Source: a virus (lineage: Duplodnaviria; Heunggongvirae; Uroviricota; Caudoviricetes). Taken from it: 64,000 nucleotides of DNA. Positions 42,771 through 51,618 of this stretch are shown one piece after another. The translations under genes and the position numbers were made by a program. The notes beneath the pieces were generated by a model. The model saw nothing but the letters and a program-made list of their open reading frames with translations. It ran no database searches and was not told the DNA's origin. Location: IMG/VR virus record IMGVR_UViG_2822641076_000001, positions 57,830-121,829 of that record. One strand, 5' to 3'. The first letter of the stretch is position 1. Every line of letters begins with the position of its first letter.

Positions 42771-43164
42771 CAAACAAATAGAGAGCAAACCACCTTTAAA
42801 ACGACCAGTAGAAGATAACCTACTGACAGTTGCAGAAAATAAGATGATTGAAATGTTGGACAGCAAGAAATACAAAGAGGTGGATGAGTTCTACAAGTTT
42901 GAAGCTTCGTTTATAGATACACGAACAGGTACAGCAAGACCATCACATGCCAAGATGGATAAAACACGAACTGAGGTTGTGGAGATTAGTAGGATTGCGA
43001 GTAAAGGAGAATTTTATGGTTGTAAAATTTCATATACCGTATTGAAAAAACGTCATAAAGAACCAACAACCGTAACTATGCTAGTAGCATTCCGCACCGA
43101 AGACATGGAAGTGTTAGATGAACCTGTGAAAGAACCGATAGAAGAACAACTAAGCATGTTTTAA
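42751..43164 (+). CDS. hypothetical protein (137 aa)
   Basis: Track ORF overlapping the rnhA end. Basic N-terminus. Confidence 0.45.
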   Translation: MAKKRVNKQIESKPPLKRPVEDNLLTVAENKMIEMLDSKKYKEVDEFYKFEASFIDTRTGTARPSHAKMDKTRTEVVEISRIASKGEFYGCKISYTVLKKRHKEPTTVTMLVAFRTEDMEVLDEPVKEPIEEQLSMF

Positions 43165-43178
43165 AGGAGAAAGCAACG

Positions 43179-43559
43179 ATGAGTGAAGCAATTAAAATGA
43201 TTCCGATTGAGATAATGGCTCAAGGAGAACAAGAGGTTGAAGATTTCAAACGTATCTTTGGTGCATTTCTTTCAAAAGGGAAAGAGCGAGAAGGGCTTAT
43301 AGCTCAATTCAAGAGTAAGCAAATGTTTATCGTTAAGAAAATGTTTGACTACAACCAATTAAAGTCATTGAAAAAAGATACTACATTCGATATTTATATT
43401 CACGATTTCACTAAGGATTGTGACGTGAAAGATATTTGGACAATGCAGGAAACAATGAAATCTCTTATGGATACAAAGCTTGATATGAAGCGCTTAGAGA
43501 CAGAGATTAAAGAATTGCAAGACGAAATCATTAAGCGTGGTTGGATGCGTTATTGGTAG
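43179..43559 (+). CDS. hypothetical protein (126 aa)
   Basis: AAGGAGAAAG SD. Confidence 0.5.
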   Translation: MSEAIKMIPIEIMAQGEQEVEDFKRIFGAFLSKGKEREGLIAQFKSKQMFIVKKMFDYNQLKSLKKDTTFDIYIHDFTKDCDVKDIWTMQETMKSLMDTKLDMKRLETEIKELQDEIIKRGWMRYW

Positions 43560-43568
43560 GAGGTTTAC

Positions 43569-43748
43569 ATGCAAGCTTTAACATACGGAGCAATCATTAT
43601 GGGCTTCATGTTCACCTTCGGATTTGTTGACATAGCGTTAATAGTTAAGAAATCAAAATTTATTGACTTCCTAGTGGTGATGGTGTTCGCAATTATTTAT
43701 GCCATCATCATGATTGGATGTATCAAAGAATATTGGGTGTTGTATTGA
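43569..43748 (+). CDS. small membrane protein (59 aa)
   Basis: Strong AGGAGG SD 7 nt before the ATG. Two TM helices. Below the track cutoff. Confidence 0.5.
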   Translation: MQALTYGAIIMGFMFTFGFVDIALIVKKSKFIDFLVVMVFAIIYAIIMIGCIKEYWVLY

Positions 43749-43749
43749 T

Positions 43750-43908
43750 ATGGAGCAATTACAAGGATGTATATTCGGATTAATTATATTTATCTGTTCC
43801 TTCATTCTCATAGTTGGAATACTCATTGGTAAGTATGGATTTGTAGGTGTTATTTACGCATTAGCCATAACAGGATTCTTATGGTTAATTTCAAAAATCT
43901 TTATCTAG
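43750..43908 (+). CDS. small membrane protein (52 aa)
   Basis: The ATG at 43750 follows the previous stop (the track ORF starts at 43714, overlapping). Two TM helices. Confidence 0.4.
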   Translation: MEQLQGCIFGLIIFICSFILIVGILIGKYGFVGVIYALAITGFLWLISKIFI

Positions 43909-43921
43909 GATGGTGTAAACG

Positions 43922-44173
43922 ATGTGTTGTTTTGGAGCAGGTCATATCAGAACTCATAGAGCAAGTAAGACAGGCGAGAAATCTCTTTCTAAGATGCAAG
44001 GTGAGTTATGTGCTGAGATTAGTAAAACGATTGCTAGATTCTGTGAAGAGAATGGTGTTCATGCTCGTGAGGGCGCTAGCTACACTCACTGGGGCAAAGG
44101 TGATGAAGAAAAGATTAGTGTTAATGTCACATTGTCTACAAATGAATTTCAAGTAATGAAAATAGGAGAGTAA
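43922..44173 (+). CDS. hypothetical protein (83 aa; start uncertain, possibly the ATG at 43994)
   Basis: Preferred over the overlapping frame 43881..44156, whose product is low-complexity and basic. Confidence 0.3.
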   Translation: MCCFGAGHIRTHRASKTGEKSLSKMQGELCAEISKTIARFCEENGVHAREGASYTHWGKGDEEKISVNVTLSTNEFQVMKIGE

Positions 44174-44179
44174 TTCACT

Positions 44180-44368
44180 ATGAAATCTAGAGAACGTTTA
44201 GAGGTTGTAGGAAATTTTCAAAAGAAGACAACATGGTCTCATAGCAATGGATTTAAACAGAAATTATTCTTGAATGGTTTAGAGGTTGAGAACTACTTTA
44301 ACGGATTCGCAGGAAAAACGGTTAAGGTGACAGTCGAAGTCATAGATAGCCTTTCAAAGAATGATTGA
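44180..44368 (+). CDS. hypothetical protein (62 aa)
   Basis: TAGGAGAG SD. Confidence 0.45.
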   Translation: MKSRERLEVVGNFQKKTTWSHSNGFKQKLFLNGLEVENYFNGFAGKTVKVTVEVIDSLSKND

Positions 44369-44408
44369 AGAAAAGTACGATTTTATCCAACAAAGGAGCG
44401 AAACATCA

Positions 44409-45131
44409 ATGGTGAGTTTAATTGATTTAAGCAAGAAAGCACAGATAGTTTTAGAGAAAAAGGAAATCTTCGGTGAAAAGGCTCAAGTTGCAGTAGTCGA
44501 TGATATCTCTATTTCTATGGAAACACTCTACATGAACGGCACAATGCAAGAGCTAAACGATAGATTGCTAAGTATCGGTATGAATCTAGACGTCGATAAG
44601 AGCATTGATGTATTTGCGTTCGGTAAGCATTCACATGAGATTGGCACTGTAACAGAAGGGAATTATCAAGGGTTCATTAACAATGTTCTGCTACGAAAAG
44701 TGTCACTTGAAAGCTATACATACTACGCAGGAGTCATGGATAGAATCGTGAAGAAGTATGGTCAACCTGTGCAGAAACAAGGATTCCTTTCACGGCTAAT
44801 TGGAAGTAAACCTGCTGAAAAACCAACTGTGCCTACATTAGTATTCTTTGTAACAGACGGTGATAACTTTGACAAAGATGAAGCTGAAAAAATTATCCGT
44901 GAATCATCAAATCAAGCAATCTTTTGGCAGTTTATCGGAATTGGAAGAGCGAAATTTGAGTTCTTGGATAAGCTTAATAAAATGTCAGGAAGATTTCTAG
45001 ATAATGCAAACTTCTTCCACGTTAATGACTTACGTCAAATCAGTGATGAAGAGTTTATGAATAGAGTGCTAAATGAATTTCCACAGTGGATTAAAGAGGC
45101 ACGAAATAAAGGTGTGCTACAGGAGGGCTAA
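44409..45131 (+). CDS. von Willebrand factor A (vWA)-like protein (240 aa)
   Basis: MIDAS-like DxSxS in AVVDDISISMETL, plus a downstream TDGD motif. AAGGAG SD before the ATG at 44409 (the track starts at 44361). Confidence 0.4.
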   Translation: MVSLIDLSKKAQIVLEKKEIFGEKAQVAVVDDISISMETLYMNGTMQELNDRLLSIGMNLDVDKSIDVFAFGKHSHEIGTVTEGNYQGFINNVLLRKVSLESYTYYAGVMDRIVKKYGQPVQKQGFLSRLIGSKPAEKPTVPTLVFFVTDGDNFDKDEAEKIIRESSNQAIFWQFIGIGRAKFEFLDKLNKMSGRFLDNANFFHVNDLRQISDEEFMNRVLNEFPQWIKEARNKGVLQEG

Positions 45132-45133
45132 AA

Positions 45134-45349
45134 GTGAACGAGCTACTAGCTGAATACAAGCATCTTATTGATTTCAAAGATAAGATGCAGAAAAACAATT
45201 TCAAGTTTGTTGAGAAATATCTGAGTTATGAAAAGCGAAAGAATCGTGACGGATGGGAAGAGGGTTGCATTGCGTTTCTGAAAGGTGCAATTTCTGTCCA
45301 AAAGGAATTAATCAAGGTCATTCAACAGAACAGAGTGTTGTTCGGCTAA
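45134..45349 (+). CDS. hypothetical protein (71 aa, GTG start)
   Basis: AGGAGGG SD. Confidence 0.45.
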   Translation: MNELLAEYKHLIDFKDKMQKNNFKFVEKYLSYEKRKNRDGWEEGCIAFLKGAISVQKELIKVIQQNRVLFG

Positions 45350-45366
45350 AACGGGAGGTTGATGAT

Positions 45367-45543
45367 ATGAAGCAAGAGAAGTTTGATATATGCGTGGATG
45401 ACGATAAAGTGGAGATTTTAGATTGGATTCAATCACACTTCTACAATGGAAATTCACATAAACTTTTTGAAGCTACTGTCACATTACGTGAGGTTGATTA
45501 TGTGGAAGAAAACGATGATTTAAAGCGTGTGTACATTGATTAG
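45367..45543 (+). CDS. hypothetical protein (58 aa)
   Basis: GGAGG SD 9 nt before the ATG at 45367 (internal to track ORF 45253..45543). Confidence 0.4.
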   Translation: MKQEKFDICVDDDKVEILDWIQSHFYNGNSHKLFEATVTLREVDYVEENDDLKRVYID

Positions 45544-45566
45544 AAGTTAAACAGGAGGCTTAAACA

Positions 45567-45833
45567 ATGAACGTAGTAGTAGATGGTCAAACAAAGAGAA
45601 AAGTAGTAGCAGGAGATGTTATTGAATACGAACATACGAGTCACAGAAATCATGGATTCTATATGATTTGCGAGTCTAAGATGGACGGATTCTTCATTAT
45701 CAGTCTCACAGGTCAGAAGAGTAAATTGAAATTCTATGACTCTGCTGAGGAATTACTAGAGGCTCAAAGAGGTATCGCACGTATTTATCCAAAGAAAGAA
45801 TGGGAAATGCGTCTAACGAAACTTCCACAGTAA
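45567..45833 (+). CDS. hypothetical protein (88 aa)
   Basis: CAGGAGG SD. Confidence 0.5.
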   Translation: MNVVVDGQTKRKVVAGDVIEYEHTSHRNHGFYMICESKMDGFFIISLTGQKSKLKFYDSAEELLEAQRGIARIYPKKEWEMRLTKLPQ

Positions 45834-45879
45834 GTAAAACTTATCTCAAACAAAACAAACAACAAGGAGCGAATTAATC

Positions 45880-47937
45880 ATGACAAACTACCAACAAATT
45901 ATCAATAATCCTTTTGGAGCATACGACGACAGAAAAGATAAATATCCTGAGTTTGAAGACAGCTTGAAAGTATCTTTCGAGGAAGCAATTCATGGAGGAC
46001 AGAAGCTATTCACTACTAATGTAGAGGATTTATACGAAGTGTATTTAAACCATCTTCCACAGGAATCTCGTCAGAATTATAGCTGTAACGAGTGCCGACG
46101 ATTTATCAATCGCTTTGGCGGTCTAGTGACAATTGACGTAGAAGGCAATGCTCATTCTGTAATGTGGGATGTAGAAGCTGTACCACCATTCTTCAAGAAA
46201 GCAGTTCAAGCTATGCAGAATGCAGTATTAGATGCAAAAGTAACTGGCGTGTTCTTAACTGAGGAGCGACGATTAGGGACTCCAAAGACTGGGAAATGGA
46301 CTCATCTTTCCGTAGACCTTCCAAGTCATATGCAATTCCATGACATGCTGAAAACAGCAGGACAAGCTATGGCTCAGAAGCGTGAAGAGTACAACATGTT
46401 AATTAATGCACTATCAAGCTACACTCTTGAGAATGTTGAGCAAGCACTAGCATTAATTCAATCAGAAACACTATATCGTTCAGATAAAGTCTATGACACT
46501 GCTAGATGGTTCAAGAAGGTAATCGAGAAACGTGAAAGCCGTTTAACTTCTGAGCAAAAGCGAAATATCGTGTGGCAAGCTGTTGCGACTGCACCTACAG
46601 GATTTACTCATATCCGAAGCGGTATGCTTGGAACATTACTTGACGATATCCAAGATGGATTATCAGCACGAGTTATTTCGGCTCGATTCGCTGAAAAGAT
46701 GAACCCTGAGAATCACATGCGTTCACAATCTGCTCCAACTGCAAACGCAATTCTTGAAGCAGAAAAGATTGTTGCAAAGTTAGGTATTGAAAGTTCTCTA
46801 CAGAGACGATATGCAATGTTTGGAGAGTTACCACACTTCCTATGGAAGAACAAGGCAACGAAAGCAATTCAAACGACAGCAGTTGGTGGAGTGTTTGGTC
46901 ACTTGACACCACGAGGTAAAACGCAATCAAATGTAATGACATTGCCAACATCAGTGATGACATGGGAGAAATTCCAACGCACTGTGATGCCAACAGCCGA
47001 TAAGATGGAAGTCCTCGTGGACAATCCAAATCGTTTAATGGCATTAGTTACAGCAATGGATGCGACAGCTCCAAATATCTTACGATGGGATAACACATTT
47101 AGTTGGTACTATCACGGTGGTATCGACGGAGAAATGAAGCGTCGTGTAGAAGAAGCAGGCGGACGATATGAGAACAATGAAATCCGATGCTCACTATTAT
47201 GGGAAGGTTTAACTGACCTTGACTTGCATTGCATTACTCCATCGGGAGAGCATATCAAATACAATCATAAACGAGGTCGTTGTGGTGGTTATTTAGACCT
47301 AGATATGAATGGTTTAGATGAGAGCAGTGAGAAACCAGTTGAAAACCTGAGATGGTCTCAAAATGCACCTGAGGGTAGATACCGCATCTATGTTCACAAT
47401 TTCACTGAGAGAGTGAATCATCGTCAAGGTACTCCATTCAAATTAGAATTAGAGATTAACGGTCAAGTTTATCGTCATGAAGGAGAACCGTTAAAAGAGA
47501 AGCAAAGTGTCACAGTGTTTGAGTTTGATTATGTACGAGGACAACAACCAACTATCCGAGGAAACTCTCATTCTACTGAAAGTGCATGGTCTATTGGAAC
47601 AGGTGAATTTGTGAAAGTAAATGGTATCACGACTTCTCCTAACCTATGGGAAGAGAAGAAAGTTATCGGAGCAGGGACACATGTATTCTTCCTACTAGAT
47701 GGAATGAAGGATATGTCAGAAGGTAAAGGTCGAGGCTTCTTTAACGAGATGTTGAAATCTGATTTACGACAAATCCGTAAGACATTAGAAGCATTCACTG
47801 CTAACACTCCAATCGAGGGTGGCGATAAAGCTGACGCATGTGGAGTTGGTTATTCTAAAGACACTGAGTGGAACTTGACTGTGAAAGTAACTACAGGTAA
47901 TTCTACTCGAATCATCAAGATTGATAGATGGGATTGA
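45880..47937 (+). CDS. large hypothetical protein (685 aa)
   Basis: AAGGAG SD. No motif I can name. Follows the vWA gene. Confidence 0.55.
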   Translation: MTNYQQIINNPFGAYDDRKDKYPEFEDSLKVSFEEAIHGGQKLFTTNVEDLYEVYLNHLPQESRQNYSCNECRRFINRFGGLVTIDVEGNAHSVMWDVEAVPPFFKKAVQAMQNAVLDAKVTGVFLTEERRLGTPKTGKWTHLSVDLPSHMQFHDMLKTAGQAMAQKREEYNMLINALSSYTLENVEQALALIQSETLYRSDKVYDTARWFKKVIEKRESRLTSEQKRNIVWQAVATAPTGFTHIRSGMLGTLLDDIQDGLSARVISARFAEKMNPENHMRSQSAPTANAILEAEKIVAKLGIESSLQRRYAMFGELPHFLWKNKATKAIQTTAVGGVFGHLTPRGKTQSNVMTLPTSVMTWEKFQRTVMPTADKMEVLVDNPNRLMALVTAMDATAPNILRWDNTFSWYYHGGIDGEMKRRVEEAGGRYENNEIRCSLLWEGLTDLDLHCITPSGEHIKYNHKRGRCGGYLDLDMNGLDESSEKPVENLRWSQNAPEGRYRIYVHNFTERVNHRQGTPFKLELEINGQVYRHEGEPLKEKQSVTVFEFDYVRGQQPTIRGNSHSTESAWSIGTGEFVKVNGITTSPNLWEEKKVIGAGTHVFFLLDGMKDMSEGKGRGFFNEMLKSDLRQIRKTLEAFTANTPIEGGDKADACGVGYSKDTEWNLTVKVTTGNSTRIIKIDRWD

Positions 47938-48010
47938 TGATATAAAGTTAAAGGCTTTGTGTTCCTGCTTATCAGAGTGGGAACACAGTCCTTAATAATG
48001 AGGTGAAAAA

Positions 48011-48289
48011 GTGAAGATTGTACAGTTAAAAGAAGCAATTCAAATTTTTGGTAATTTCAAATTAAGCGAAATTATTAAAATGCAAGACAGACCTTATGAA
48101 TGTCCAAAGTGCAAAGGAGAGGGTAGTTTACAGGCTAAATACGATGCTTATCCAAAGGGTCTTCCTGATAGCGGTTGGGCGCAGGATATAAAAACCAAAA
48201 TTGTAGAATGCGAGATTTGTCAAGGTCATGGATATACAAAGAAACAAATGAGACCAATAGTTAAAACTGAAATACTAGGGTATGAGTAA
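48011..48289 (+). CDS. small zinc-finger protein with DnaJ-type CxxCxGxG repeats (92 aa, GTG start)
   Basis: CPKCKGEGS and CEICQGHGY, each matching CxxCxGxG. Confidence 0.45.
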   Translation: MKIVQLKEAIQIFGNFKLSEIIKMQDRPYECPKCKGEGSLQAKYDAYPKGLPDSGWAQDIKTKIVECEICQGHGYTKKQMRPIVKTEILGYE

Positions 48290-48292
48290 GTT

Positions 48293-48457
48293 ATGTTGTT
48301 ACTTTGGAAAAAATGCGACTTGTGTACTAAGTATTTTAGTAAGAGAGACATGATTCACAACATAAGAATTGGAATGCATTACCCTTGGTCATTTTGCCAA
48401 AAGTGCAATAAAGAGTTTTTCGAGGAGTGGTACGATGCAATGGGGCAATACAAATAA
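48293..48457 (+). CDS. small zinc-ribbon protein (54 aa)
   Basis: CDLC...CQKC. Overlaps the next ORF by 23 nt. Below the track cutoff. Confidence 0.3.
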   Translation: MLLLWKKCDLCTKYFSKRDMIHNIRIGMHYPWSFCQKCNKEFFEEWYDAMGQYK

Positions 48458-48620
48458 ACCAAAATATCTCAGTTTCGTATTTGGAAGGGAATGGGATAAA
48501 GAAGATTTCAAGTTTTTCTCATTCAGAAAAACTCCTCTAGGTTGGGCAATGAATATTTGGCGGTTTGCAATTGACTATGATAATTATGCAAATGTGAAGC
48601 CACGTCGATATAGAGGATGA
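48435..48620 (+). CDS. hypothetical protein (61 aa)
   Basis: GAGGAG SD 7 nt before the ATG at 48435 (internal to track ORF 48369..48620). Confidence 0.4.
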   Translation: MQWGNTNKPKYLSFVFGREWDKEDFKFFSFRKTPLGWAMNIWRFAIDYDNYANVKPRRYRG

Positions 48621-48628
48621 TTATTGAC

Positions 48629-48850
48629 ATGACAGTAAAAATAGAAGAGATTATGAAGAAAATTAATTATGAACTTGAGAAGTTAAGGGTATCTCATTAC
48701 CGTGCAGTAGAGCCTAGTCCACATTTGAGTGAAGAATCAGGCTTGAGTGTATGTTTGACGGTTTTAAGACATCATAAAAATCAGGTGATAATTGAAATGG
48801 AGAAACTAGAGGATGATTTGATAGAGAGAATTAATCGAATATCTAAATAA
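48629..48850 (+). CDS. hypothetical protein (73 aa; alternative start 48617)
   Basis: Track ORF. Two candidate ATGs. Confidence 0.4.
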   Translation: MTVKIEEIMKKINYELEKLRVSHYRAVEPSPHLSEESGLSVCLTVLRHHKNQVIIEMEKLEDDLIERINRISK

Positions 48851-48875
48851 AATCATTCTTTGATTTAAGGAGAAT

Positions 48876-49121
48876 ATGAAGATGAAAGCTTATTTTGTAC
48901 GATTTGACACAGCAGGAACGTCAGGGTTTGCAGAAGTGTTACTTGTAAACGATGAGAAAGATTTAGAGACAGCTTTAGAAGCGAAGTCGTCAAAGGACTT
49001 TAAAGCGACATGTAGTTATTCAAAAATCACTTATAAGAAAGAGATTCCTCTTAGCCGAGTGAAGATTCAAGACTTGTCTGTTGTTGAGTTTCTTCAAATA
49101 CAGAATATGACAAATGAATAA
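48876..49121 (+). CDS. hypothetical protein (81 aa)
   Basis: AAGGAGAA SD. Confidence 0.5.
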   Translation: MKMKAYFVRFDTAGTSGFAEVLLVNDEKDLETALEAKSSKDFKATCSYSKITYKKEIPLSRVKIQDLSVVEFLQIQNMTNE

Positions 49122-49287
49122 AGCAATGTTGAAGGAAGCAATATACCAAGAATATCAACGCTGTTATAGTCATCTGTGCGAAAAGCTAGGTAAAGAAAGA
49201 GTTGATACAGTATTTGCATTATTTGATGAAGCACTAGAAGAAGCTTTAAAACACCAGTTTGATAATTTTGCAAAACATAAAGAGTGA
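49114..49287 (+). CDS. small protein (57 aa)
   Basis: Overlapping start. Below the track cutoff. Confidence 0.35.
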   Translation: MNKAMLKEAIYQEYQRCYSHLCEKLGKERVDTVFALFDEALEEALKHQFDNFAKHKE

Positions 49288-49321
49288 ATAGAAAGATGAT
49301 TTGATTTAAGGAGCGAAACGA

Positions 49322-49606
49322 ATGACGAAAAGAGTATTTTTATTAGTCAGTGGTGATGGAGATTTTGATGCTATGAATTTTGAAAAGAAATTCGATAAGC
49401 AAGAAGTCTATGAAAACATGCTGAAAGATGGTGTGACAAGAACGGTTGTCTTTAATGAAGAAGAGTGGGGCGTTGATAACATATATGTATCTATTCATGA
49501 GTTTGATGTAATAGATTCAGAGTTTATCGGATTCATGGTAACGGAGTTCCTAGATTACGATTATCTAAAAGCAAAGAACTTCTATGAAGTTGAAGTAAGG
49601 AGTTAA
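49322..49606 (+). CDS. hypothetical protein (94 aa)
   Basis: AAGGAG SD. Confidence 0.5.
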   Translation: MTKRVFLLVSGDGDFDAMNFEKKFDKQEVYENMLKDGVTRTVVFNEEEWGVDNIYVSIHEFDVIDSEFIGFMVTEFLDYDYLKAKNFYEVEVRS

Positions 49607-49610
49607 TAGA

Positions 49611-49802
49611 ATGAAAGTTATCGGCACAGCTACAGTTAGATTTTGTGTTGAAATTGATGCAGAAGATATCTCAACTAATTCAATGAGTATAGCGGAGTCG
49701 GACGAGCTTATTGCAGAAGCCGTATTTTTAAAGTATGGACTCCACGTAAATTTAAATAGAGATATAACCGTTGAAAAAGTAGTGAGAGGAAATGAAGATT
49801 AG
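49611..49802 (+). CDS. hypothetical protein (63 aa)
   Basis: AAGGAG SD. Confidence 0.5.
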   Translation: MKVIGTATVRFCVEIDAEDISTNSMSIAESDELIAEAVFLKYGLHVNLNRDITVEKVVRGNED

Positions 49803-50026
49803 TGTTTTATGAAGAGCAGTTAATGATTGAAAAAGTAATTAATTCTTTTGCCAAGGTAGATAAAGTTAAGGGTGAAAGATGTCAGATTAAAGTTAGTAAT
49901 TTTGAAAGTATGAAGGATGATTTCGACTACGGATTTCTCGTTGTCGGTTTACATAGAGAGGGATATATCGTCAGCCTACTAAGGGAAGGCGGAGAGCTGG
50001 CATTAACAGTAACTTTAATAGCATAG
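49802..50026 (+). CDS. hypothetical protein (74 aa, GTG start)
   Basis: GAGGAAA SD. Confidence 0.4.
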   Translation: MFYEEQLMIEKVINSFAKVDKVKGERCQIKVSNFESMKDDFDYGFLVVGLHREGYIVSLLREGGELALTVTLIA

Positions 50027-50037
50027 GAGGATTAACA

Positions 50038-50268
50038 ATGGTTTGGATTGCATTAATTATGGTTGTATTACTTTTAGCGCTTATTGCAATGGCATCATCA
50101 GTATCAAGTGGCTCATCAAGTAAAAAACGTCGAAATGGTTCAAGTGGTGGAAGCAGTTATCACGATAATTCTTCATTCTTTGCTTTTAGCGATGGAGATG
50201 GTGGAGGTTCAACTTGTGGAGACGGTGGAAGTTTCTCAGGTGGCGGAGGCTCAGCCTCTTGTGACTAA
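50038..50268 (+). CDS. membrane-anchored Gly/Ser-rich protein (76 aa)
   Basis: TAGGAGG SD. One TM helix, then SSGSSSKKRRNGSSGGSS...GDGGGSTCGDGGSFSGGGGSASCD. Confidence 0.5.
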   Translation: MVWIALIMVVLLLALIAMASSVSSGSSSKKRRNGSSGGSSYHDNSSFFAFSDGDGGGSTCGDGGSFSGGGGSASCD

Positions 50269-50287
50269 GCGAAAGGCTTTGATATAG

Positions 50288-50434
50288 ATGTTAGTATTTG
50301 GGATTATTATGTTATGTTTATCCGTGCTGTTTGCACTTTATTATATATGGGATAAATCTACTGGGAAGGATTTCTTTATCCTAGAGATTATCTGTGAAAT
50401 TATTGTAGCTATTTTGGAAGGGATGATAGGGTGA
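50288..50434 (+). CDS. small membrane protein (48 aa)
   Basis: Below the track cutoff. Two hydrophobic segments. Confidence 0.35.
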   Translation: MLVFGIIMLCLSVLFALYYIWDKSTGKDFFILEIICEIIVAILEGMIG

Positions 50435-50766
50435 TGTATGATAAGCTTCTTATTACTGTAATCACAGATGGCGAAGAAGAACATCAAAAGTATTTTAAGT
50501 TACTCACTCATCTGTTAAAAGGTAAAATTCTCAAGATGAAATACATCAGTCGAGCATGTTCGGCATTGATTGAAGGAGAAGATTTTATCATTAGATTCGT
50601 CAAGAAAGATGGTAGTATCCGTGGTATGAGACATCATTTTGTTTTTAATATGACTCAAGATAAAGAATTTGACGATTTATGTGTAAAACCACAATCACAT
50701 ATTTATAGTTATTTAAAAGACGACCCGAAATGGTCAAAACTATTCGGAGGCGAAAAGGATGAATAA
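50431..50766 (+). CDS. hypothetical protein (111 aa; GTG at 50431 or ATG at 50434)
   Basis: GGAAGGG SD. Confidence 0.5.
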   Translation: MMYDKLLITVITDGEEEHQKYFKLLTHLLKGKILKMKYISRACSALIEGEDFIIRFVKKDGSIRGMRHHFVFNMTQDKEFDDLCVKPQSHIYSYLKDDPKWSKLFGGEKDE

Positions 50767-51019
50767 AAGACAGAAGAAAAAGCAAGCAAAAAAGCAAGAG
50801 ATGAAAGCGTACAAAGAGTTTGTGGGAAATTTAGGTGACAATCAAGGGGTTATCACAGGCAATGATTCAGACAGCCTTCATCATTACTACCCAATGGATA
50901 CAATCGTAAATGTTAGTGGTAAAGATAAGACAGGGAATTACGAATGTGTGAGTGTAGATGATGGACTTCTACAGTTTGTGAATCCAAGTGATATCACACT
51001 AAAAAGCCAAATGGGGTGA
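50759..51019 (+). CDS. hypothetical protein (86 aa)
   Basis: GGAGG SD. Basic N-terminus. Confidence 0.5.
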   Translation: MNKRQKKKQAKKQEMKAYKEFVGNLGDNQGVITGNDSDSLHHYYPMDTIVNVSGKDKTGNYECVSVDDGLLQFVNPSDITLKSQMG

Positions 51020-51023
51020 GTAA

Positions 51024-51443
51024 ATGATTTACCAACATTATAAAGGTGGCTATTACAATGTACTGCAAAAGCCCGTAAGTGTCCGTGAAACATATCTAGG
51101 AGAACAATTCGGGAGAGAGCAAGTTTTCGTTGCTAAGCACACTGAGACAGAAGAAGAGATTCCCGTTTATCTAACCAAATGGTCAGAAGGATACGGACTA
51201 AATTTCTACTCAGTAGACAAGCAGTATGTCATGGAAAAGCCGTTGATTCTATATGAAGGTATCAAAGGTGAAAAATGGTTACGACCATTAAGCATGTTCC
51301 TTGAGCATGTGGAATTTGAAGGCAGATATGTTGAAAGATTTAAAAGGCTTAAAGATGAAGAAGTCTATGACATCATCCGAGAGCTTCAAAAAAATAATAC
51401 AAGTATAAAAAATAATGAAAATGAGAACGTAGAAAATGACTAA
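51024..51443 (+). CDS. hypothetical protein (139 aa)
   Basis: Track ORF. Its 3' end encodes a motif copy at 51399-51419. Confidence 0.5.
   Translation: MIYQHYKGGYYNVLQKPVSVRETYLGEQFGREQVFVAKHTETEEEIPVYLTKWSEGYGLNFYSVDKQYVMEKPLILYEGIKGEKWLRPLSMFLEHVEFEGRYVERFKRLKDEEVYDIIRELQKNNTSIKNNENENVEND
51399..51419 (+). promoter_or_regulatory. intragenic motif copy (ACAAGTaTAAAAAATAATGAA) inside the 3' end of 51024..51443
   Basis: Encodes ...NNTSIKNNENE... 17 bp before the 51436 start. Confidence 0.4.
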
Positions 51444-51618
51444 ACCAACAGTGTTTCTGTTTGGAATTTTAATAGGGATGGCATTAACAATTGCTATCCC
51501 AGTTCTCATCATCGGAGGTTCACCAGTGTTAGGTTTCGCATGTGTAATTGCACTTGTTGGTTCTATTATAGTTCCAATATTGATGTCTAGCACAGCCAAT
51601 AGTAGCAGGAGGGGTTAA
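51436..51618 (+). CDS. small membrane protein (60 aa)
   Basis: Two TM helices. Confidence 0.45.
   Translation: MTKPTVFLFGILIGMALTIAIPVLIIGGSPVLGFACVIALVGSIIVPILMSSTANSSRRG

Noticed and set aside
43881-44156. ORF 43881..44156 (91 aa), overlapping 43922..44173 in another frame
   Set aside because: Its product is a basic, Leu/Arg/Val-rich low-complexity sequence with no SD. The overlapping frame is a weakly preferred alternative, though neither is well supported.
50084-50287. ORF 50084..50287 (His/Val/Glu-rich)
   Set aside because: It is the alternative frame of the Gly/Ser-rich gene 50038..50268. The frame with the SD and TM anchor is preferred.
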